Source: Sedimentisphaeraceae bacterium JB056 (lineage in GTDB: Bacteria; Planctomycetota; Phycisphaerae; Sedimentisphaerales; Sedimentisphaeraceae). Taken from it: 64,000 bases of DNA. Below the pieces are notes generated by a model. It saw only the letters and a list, made by a program, of their open reading frames with translations. It searched no databases and had not been told where the DNA came from. Shown here in pieces: positions 59,087 through 64,000 of this stretch; the first letter of the stretch is position 1, and every line of letters begins with the position of its first letter. The position numbers and the translations under genes are program-made. Location: NCBI GenBank assembly GCA_044440125.1, contig JBITAJ010000003.1:32001-96000 (forward strand). The letters run 5' to 3'.

Positions 59087-60223
59087 ATGGATACATTAAT
59101 CAAATACAATAACAAAACGAATAAAGTAGCCTACAGCATTCTTGAGGATATTAAATTAGGCCAATATCCTCCAGGCAGGTTTCTGCCGGTAGAAAACACT
59201 TTGGCTGACAAATACAACACATCCCGAATAACAATCCGAAAAGTATTGGGAATACTCGAAACGGCGGGAGTGGTAGAAAAAGTTCCTTACAAGGGCGTTT
59301 TCGTCAAAGAAGATTGCGACTTGGTTAATGATCAGGAGCAAAAAAACAACTCGATAAGCAACCAGATAACCATAGGAGTAATATTTGCCGGCACAGACGA
59401 TTCTTTAATAGTCAATATTAAAGACGGAATACGTATGTATTCAGAAAGCAACAACATCACCGCCCAGTTTTTTGCTTCTCCAAATGGACATGATGTGGCA
59501 TTGGAAACATTAAGAAACATACCAGATATGAGTATGTCAGGAATAATAATATTCCCTCACCCAATGCCGGAATACAAATCGCTCTTAAAGCAACTGGCTG
59601 ACAAGAATTACCCAATAGTATGTATTGACAGACACTTTGAGGATATTTCAATTTCTTCTGTAGAATCGGATAATTCCGGTGGGGCCTACATAGCGACCCA
59701 ATACCTGATTGAAAAATATCACCAGCCTGTGTATTTTCTCGGCCATTCATGCGGCGAGGAATCATGCACCTCACGAATCAGCGGTTACAAACTGGCAATG
59801 CAGCATTCCGGCTTTGGCAGCAAGCTGAACAAGTATATACGTCAAAGCAATATTAAATCAGATGACACGGCATATTGGCCACTTGAGAAAAAAACACTGT
59901 CAAACCTGTCTATTGCTGAAGAGCTACTTGATAACTGCAAATTCCCGGCGAGTATATTCTGCGTTAATGATTACGCAGCTGCATCCTTATACGAGATAGC
60001 AAAGAGCAAAAATATCGAAGTAGGTAAAGATATACATGTAATAGGGTTTGACGATGCACCTATCGCGAAATTATTGGAACCAGGACTGACAACAATTCGC
60101 CAAAACCCCAACAAGATGGGGCAAGAGGCAGCCAGACTTCTACATGACACGATCTCAACTAATCTCAAGAATCCAATCAATATATCCTTGCCTGTTGAAT
60201 TGATAACAAGGGGGTCTGCCTGA
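59087..60223 (+). CDS. GntR-HTH/LacI-effector chimeric regulator (AraR-like architecture)
   Basis: LPVENTLA...SRITIRK...KGVFV; PIVCIDR, DN..GA, FCVND, IGFDD, LTTIRQ, LITRGS. Confidence 0.92.
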   Translation: MDTLIKYNNKTNKVAYSILEDIKLGQYPPGRFLPVENTLADKYNTSRITIRKVLGILETAGVVEKVPYKGVFVKEDCDLVNDQEQKNNSISNQITIGVIFAGTDDSLIVNIKDGIRMYSESNNITAQFFASPNGHDVALETLRNIPDMSMSGIIIFPHPMPEYKSLLKQLADKNYPIVCIDRHFEDISISSVESDNSGGAYIATQYLIEKYHQPVYFLGHSCGEESCTSRISGYKLAMQHSGFGSKLNKYIRQSNIKSDDTAYWPLEKKTLSNLSIAEELLDNCKFPASIFCVNDYAAASLYEIAKSKNIEVGKDIHVIGFDDAPIAKLLEPGLTTIRQNPNKMGQEAARLLHDTISTNLKNPINISLPVELITRGSA

Positions 60224-60252
60224 TCAGGCTCTTATAAAACAGATTTATTCAC

Positions 60253-60293
60253 ACAAAAAGCGTGTTGCCTATATAAGACAACACGCTTTTTGT
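60253..60293. terminator. Bidirectional intrinsic terminator
   Basis: ACAAAAAGCGTGTTG...CAACACGCTTTTTGT 15-bp stem. Confidence 0.85.
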
Positions 60294-60311
60294 TTAACTT
60301 ATGAAAATAAA

Positions 60312-60350
60312 CAGACTATTTCTCGATTTTGAAAGTCGAGAAATAGTCTG
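60312..60350. other. Second 15-bp-stem hairpin, 13 nt beyond the stop of the LamG-GH gene
   Basis: CAGACTATTTCTCGA...TCGAGAAATAGTCTG. Confidence 0.7.
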
Positions 60351-60363
60351 AACCAATAACAAT

Positions 60364-63300
60364 CTAATCCAAGAATTCTGTTGTCCCAAGGGCTTGTCCC
60401 GATATCCTTATATTGTCAATTGCGCCATTGAACACTCGAAGATTCTGCCATCCGTAGCCTCTCCCTACAAGAAAATCAGGCATAGAAGATGAACCGGAAG
60501 TAAAACCAGTCAACTCATCTTCTTCAGCATAATCGACAAACAACTCATAAGTTCCCGAATCAGCAGAATGCCTTATCGCAACATGATGCCACTGCTGATC
60601 AGTAAAATCAGTTGTGCTTTCAGCAATCTGTCCCTGTATATTAAATTTCAACGTACCTGCAGAACGATCAAACGTAACCTGCCAACCGCCTGAAGAAGTA
60701 TACCCCTTGCTCATGACAAATTCAGTAGAGCTTTGATCTGGACCATCACCGTCACGACGTATGAAAAACTCAATAGTTTTATCCTCACTCTCTGCCCACT
60801 GGAAAGAAGCTGAATTAGCAAATGTAATAGCATTGTTGGCATTACCAAACTTCATCGCCAAAGTATAGCTGTCGAGACCCGTAATATATTCAGGTTTACC
60901 GCTGGCCAATGTAACGGTACCATCCAAACTTCCAACTAAATCTTCAATCCAGCCGGAAGTACTGATTGCCGTACCGGCTGAGCCAAGAGTATCGGTTCCT
61001 TCCTCAAAATTATAATAATTCTCAACATCAGGTGTGGATGCAGAAAGTCTGTAATACCCAACTTCAAGCGGAGCAAGTGTCATAGTATAAGATGATGAGT
61101 CTGGAACAAGATTAAGTTCATCATTCATCATCCAATTTCTTAAGGCAACATCTTTAGCCTTAAAAGTACATGACGAAGTACTCATATTAACCGCTGTAAG
61201 ATACCATATAGAATCAACCTCGACACTCTTATAGAACAAACCTGACAAAGGAGCACCGGAAGTATCAGTAAGAGTAATATCTGGAGCAATATTTAGGTCG
61301 CAAAGTGTATTAGAAAGTGAACTCCACAAGCCGCTAAAAGTAAAATAACTGAATGACTGGTAATTACTGCTTACAGTACTAAACGGATTGCTCCTGTCAA
61401 AACAATACTCTTCTTTAGAAGCAATATTTGAGCCAACACCTATGATTTTTATATCATAGGATGAAGAGAGACTTACAATCTGACTGTATACTTCATCAGG
61501 AAGATAAACACAACCCGGCAAGATTATTACACTCAAATCAGGTATCTTTGTAAGCAATTCATTATCGGCAACCATCTGTTCTGTACAGGCTACAGTCTGA
61601 ATACCAGTCTGATTCATCGCCTGGAATGTATCAAGGACATAATCAGAATAATCAGGATACCTTAATGCGGATGTTCTTGAATAAAGAACCGCAACTTTTG
61701 CATCCTTTTCCCTGAACTCAACAATCTGCGGCATAAGTCTCATCAAATCCATACCGGTTCGGGCATACTCTTCAGTAGCTCCAGGCCTATTCATCCATAA
61801 ACCAAGAAGATCTGAACTCATATTTCCGCGATCTCTGCCCCATATCCATGCAGCCGTAGCATCCATTCCACTGAGAGCCTGAAGCCATAAAGCTGAACGA
61901 ACCTGTCCAGAATCCACACTGTCGGTATTATTATCATAAATAACATGATTTTCAGAATTTATAACCGCTTTTTGAGACAGATTTTTCTGCAGCGAAAGAG
62001 ATAAGGTACCACAGGCACCATGACGCTGAACACTTTCCGAAGAACTCGTATCCCAAGGTGCCAATGCAACATCAGTACCGGGTAAATCAGTTACTCGTGA
62101 AAGTAAATCAATATCGCTTCCCTGCATTACGTTGAACTGACTATAAAATCTTTCATTCTGTTTTATATGCGTGTATAAAGAACTGTTTGCGGCCTTTATG
62201 TAAGTCTGAAGCCATACTGCCCAGTCACTTATCCTATTATCGTTAAATTTCATCCAGTCATATAATTCAGGATAAGATGCAAACGGAGTTGAAGGCGGAT
62301 AAAGATATTTAGTGATACTGCTCCATGTAGAATACGACTTATTCCAGTTGGAATTAGCAGCCGAAAGGCTGTTATTATAGAAATCCTGCAGATAATCAAC
62401 CCATAGATCAGATGTATCCAAATCAGCATTCCAATTAAAATAGCACGGCTCATTCAAAACACAGCAAGACCACAGGCCATCCACTGTTGACAAATCTTCA
62501 ATCATTAACCTGGATGTCCAGCCGATTATCTCTTTCACATCGGCTTGATTAAGTGTATATTTCATAAATCCGCCAAGATCAGCATAGTAGCTCGGATTAT
62601 TGGTAATAAACCAGTCCTGTATCCAGTGTGGAGAGATGTTCATGTCGGTTACAATACCATAATCGTTTGCATCGCTTACTGCAGATCTGTAATGCCACAT
62701 TATTCCTGAATCAAGACTGCTCTGAGATGGATCGGCAGCATCCCATAAACTTTCCTGAGGCATGACGTATTTCGGACCTGTAAACAACTGAAGATAATTA
62801 CATCCAAGGTCACTGCCGATAAACTCTGCATCAGCTCGGAAATTTTGCTGCTCAGCACAGAATCCATACAAAAACACGGGTCTTGTTTCCTTAGACCCGT
62901 CAGTCCATTCTACCTGCTGCTGCAAGTAGGTACCAACAGGTTCCGGCATTTGAGAAACAACCCTTCGGGGAGAATCAACAGTTGAGTAAGTATCCGCTAT
63001 TATACCCTGCAATCTTGCAGTCTCTTCATCAATCAAATCACCAAGATCAGAATAAGCATAAGTCGGTAAATCAGAAACCTGATCTACAAGATCGTCAATA
63101 TAATAATCAAGAAACTTGTCTATCAAAGCTATACGCATAACAGCGTATACATCAAGTTCATCGGAAGCTTCAAGTTGATTAGCAAGAGACTTGAGAGTTT
63201 CGTAATCATCAACTAATGCTGCGTAACCTGTTGGAATACCGGCAAAATCTTCAACATCAAGAACAGACCTTGAAATTCGTAATTCATCAATTGCACCGAT

Positions 63301-63999
63301 AAAATATCTCAAATTCTGCCAGCTATATCCTGTACCAATATACAAAGGCTGAGTATCTGTAGTGCCTGTCTGAGCATTTTCCAATATACCATGACAACGA
63401 TAATCGACATACAATTTCCATGTACCTGCCCCATCTGATGTAACAGCAACCTGATGCCAGTAACCATCATTTATTCTTCTGCTGCTTGTTATGACACCAC
63501 TTGAGATACTGAAACTCAGCAAACCTGTAGAATCATCCCAGTAAAGCTCATAACCGCCTGAACTGGGAAAACATTTCGATAAAATAAAATTCTTCACACT
63601 TGAGTCAGAACTGGCCCCGTCAACTCTGAGGAAAAACTCAATTGTTTTAGCCCCTGAAAACGCAGTAACAGGACTATGCGGCAGAGATATATAATCATCA
63701 GTACTGCCAAATTCTACGGCAGCCCTGCCATCAATCCACGAAAAGACATCTTCTGTATATTTAATACCATCATCAGGATTATTAAATGTACCAAAATCAT
63801 CAGAATTTGAAGGAGAATTATATTCTCTTACAACATCGCCGTCTCCAGGGACATAGTCATCATCTCCTGCTTCAAATCTGTAATACGCTAACAAACTGTC
63901 ATCACTGTCAATAGGCTGAAAATTTTCAGGAGTAAGAACTGAATCATAAACCCTTATATCATCAAGTACCCCATAGAAAGATCTCTGATACTGCCATCC
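60364..63999 (-). CDS. Multi-LamG + GH42-like (clan A) glycoside hydrolase; 5' end beyond the window
   Basis: Frame stays open to the edge (GWQYQRSFYGVLDDIRVY, the end of another LamG); VLNEP acid/base-like motif, N..W..Y..W, DW.KF, INSENH, VAVLYS trimerisation-like region; C-terminal LamG. Confidence 0.75.
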   Translation of the reverse strand, partial: GWQYQRSFYGVLDDIRVYDSVLTPENFQPIDSDDSLLAYYRFEAGDDDYVPGDGDVVREYNSPSNSDDFGTFNNPDDGIKYTEDVFSWIDGRAAVEFGSTDDYISLPHSPVTAFSGAKTIEFFLRVDGASSDSSVKNFILSKCFPSSGGYELYWDDSTGLLSFSISSGVITSSRRINDGYWHQVAVTSDGAGTWKLYVDYRCHGILENAQTGTTDTQPLYIGTGYSWQNLRYFIGAIDELRISRSVLDVEDFAGIPTGYAALVDDYETLKSLANQLEASDELDVYAVMRIALIDKFLDYYIDDLVDQVSDLPTYAYSDLGDLIDEETARLQGIIADTYSTVDSPRRVVSQMPEPVGTYLQQQVEWTDGSKETRPVFLYGFCAEQQNFRADAEFIGSDLGCNYLQLFTGPKYVMPQESLWDAADPSQSSLDSGIMWHYRSAVSDANDYGIVTDMNISPHWIQDWFITNNPSYYADLGGFMKYTLNQADVKEIIGWTSRLMIEDLSTVDGLWSCCVLNEPCYFNWNADLDTSDLWVDYLQDFYNNSLSAANSNWNKSYSTWSSITKYLYPPSTPFASYPELYDWMKFNDNRISDWAVWLQTYIKAANSSLYTHIKQNERFYSQFNVMQGSDIDLLSRVTDLPGTDVALAPWDTSSSESVQRHGACGTLSLSLQKNLSQKAVINSENHVIYDNNTDSVDSGQVRSALWLQALSGMDATAAWIWGRDRGNMSSDLLGLWMNRPGATEEYARTGMDLMRLMPQIVEFREKDAKVAVLYSRTSALRYPDYSDYVLDTFQAMNQTGIQTVACTEQMVADNELLTKIPDLSVIILPGCVYLPDEVYSQIVSLSSSYDIKIIGVGSNIASKEEYCFDRSNPFSTVSSNYQSFSYFTFSGLWSSLSNTLCDLNIAPDITLTDTSGAPLSGLFYKSVEVDSIWYLTAVNMSTSSCTFKAKDVALRNWMMNDELNLVPDSSSYTMTLAPLEVGYYRLSASTPDVENYYNFEEGTDTLGSAGTAISTSGWIEDLVGSLDGTVTLASGKPEYITGLDSYTLAMKFGNANNAITFANSASFQWAESEDKTIEFFIRRDGDGPDQSSTEFVMSKGYTSSGGWQVTFDRSAGTLKFNIQGQIAESTTDFTDQQWHHVAIRHSADSGTYELFVDYAEEDELTGFTSGSSSMPDFLVGRGYGWQNLRVFNGAIDNIRISGQALGTTEFLD

Positions 64000-64000
64000 A

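Overview
Low-GC bacterial chromosomal segment. It is most consistent with an anaerobic Planctomycetota (Phycisphaerae/Sedimentisphaerales-like); this is inferred from H-X9-DG prepilin-like genes, short '...WL' dockerin-like repeats and several sulfatases, with no database check. The left ~15 kb is mostly housekeeping: partial glnS, queF/queC/queE, a metallophosphoesterase, a sulfatase, a hybrid sensor kinase, etfB-etfA-acyl-CoA dehydrogenase, and HD, cupin and rhodanese proteins. From ~15.5 kb to the right edge is a large SusC/D-less glycan-utilisation region. (i) A ~31 kb minus-strand regulon has three transcription units with near-identical promoter/operator architecture. It encodes two heparinase II/III-type lyases with an apparently circularly permuted CBM96/DNRLRE-like domain, three paralogues of a secreted domain I cannot assign, Tat sulfatases, a Kelch-SSS transporter, LamG/dockerin-like proteins, a prepilin-like protein and a GntR regulator. 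(ii) A DeoR / dockerin-like protein / prepilin cassette. (iii) A GntR-controlled operon of a GH38 lacking the canonical nucleophile, an unknown GH, an SSS and a sialidase-deacetylase fusion, followed by a partial LamG-GH42-like gene. Two ~81%-identical direct-repeat scars bracket single genes, which suggests modular cassette shuffling. A perfect 30-bp GTAG REP-like palindrome is also present. I saw no rRNA, tRNA, CRISPR or transposase.
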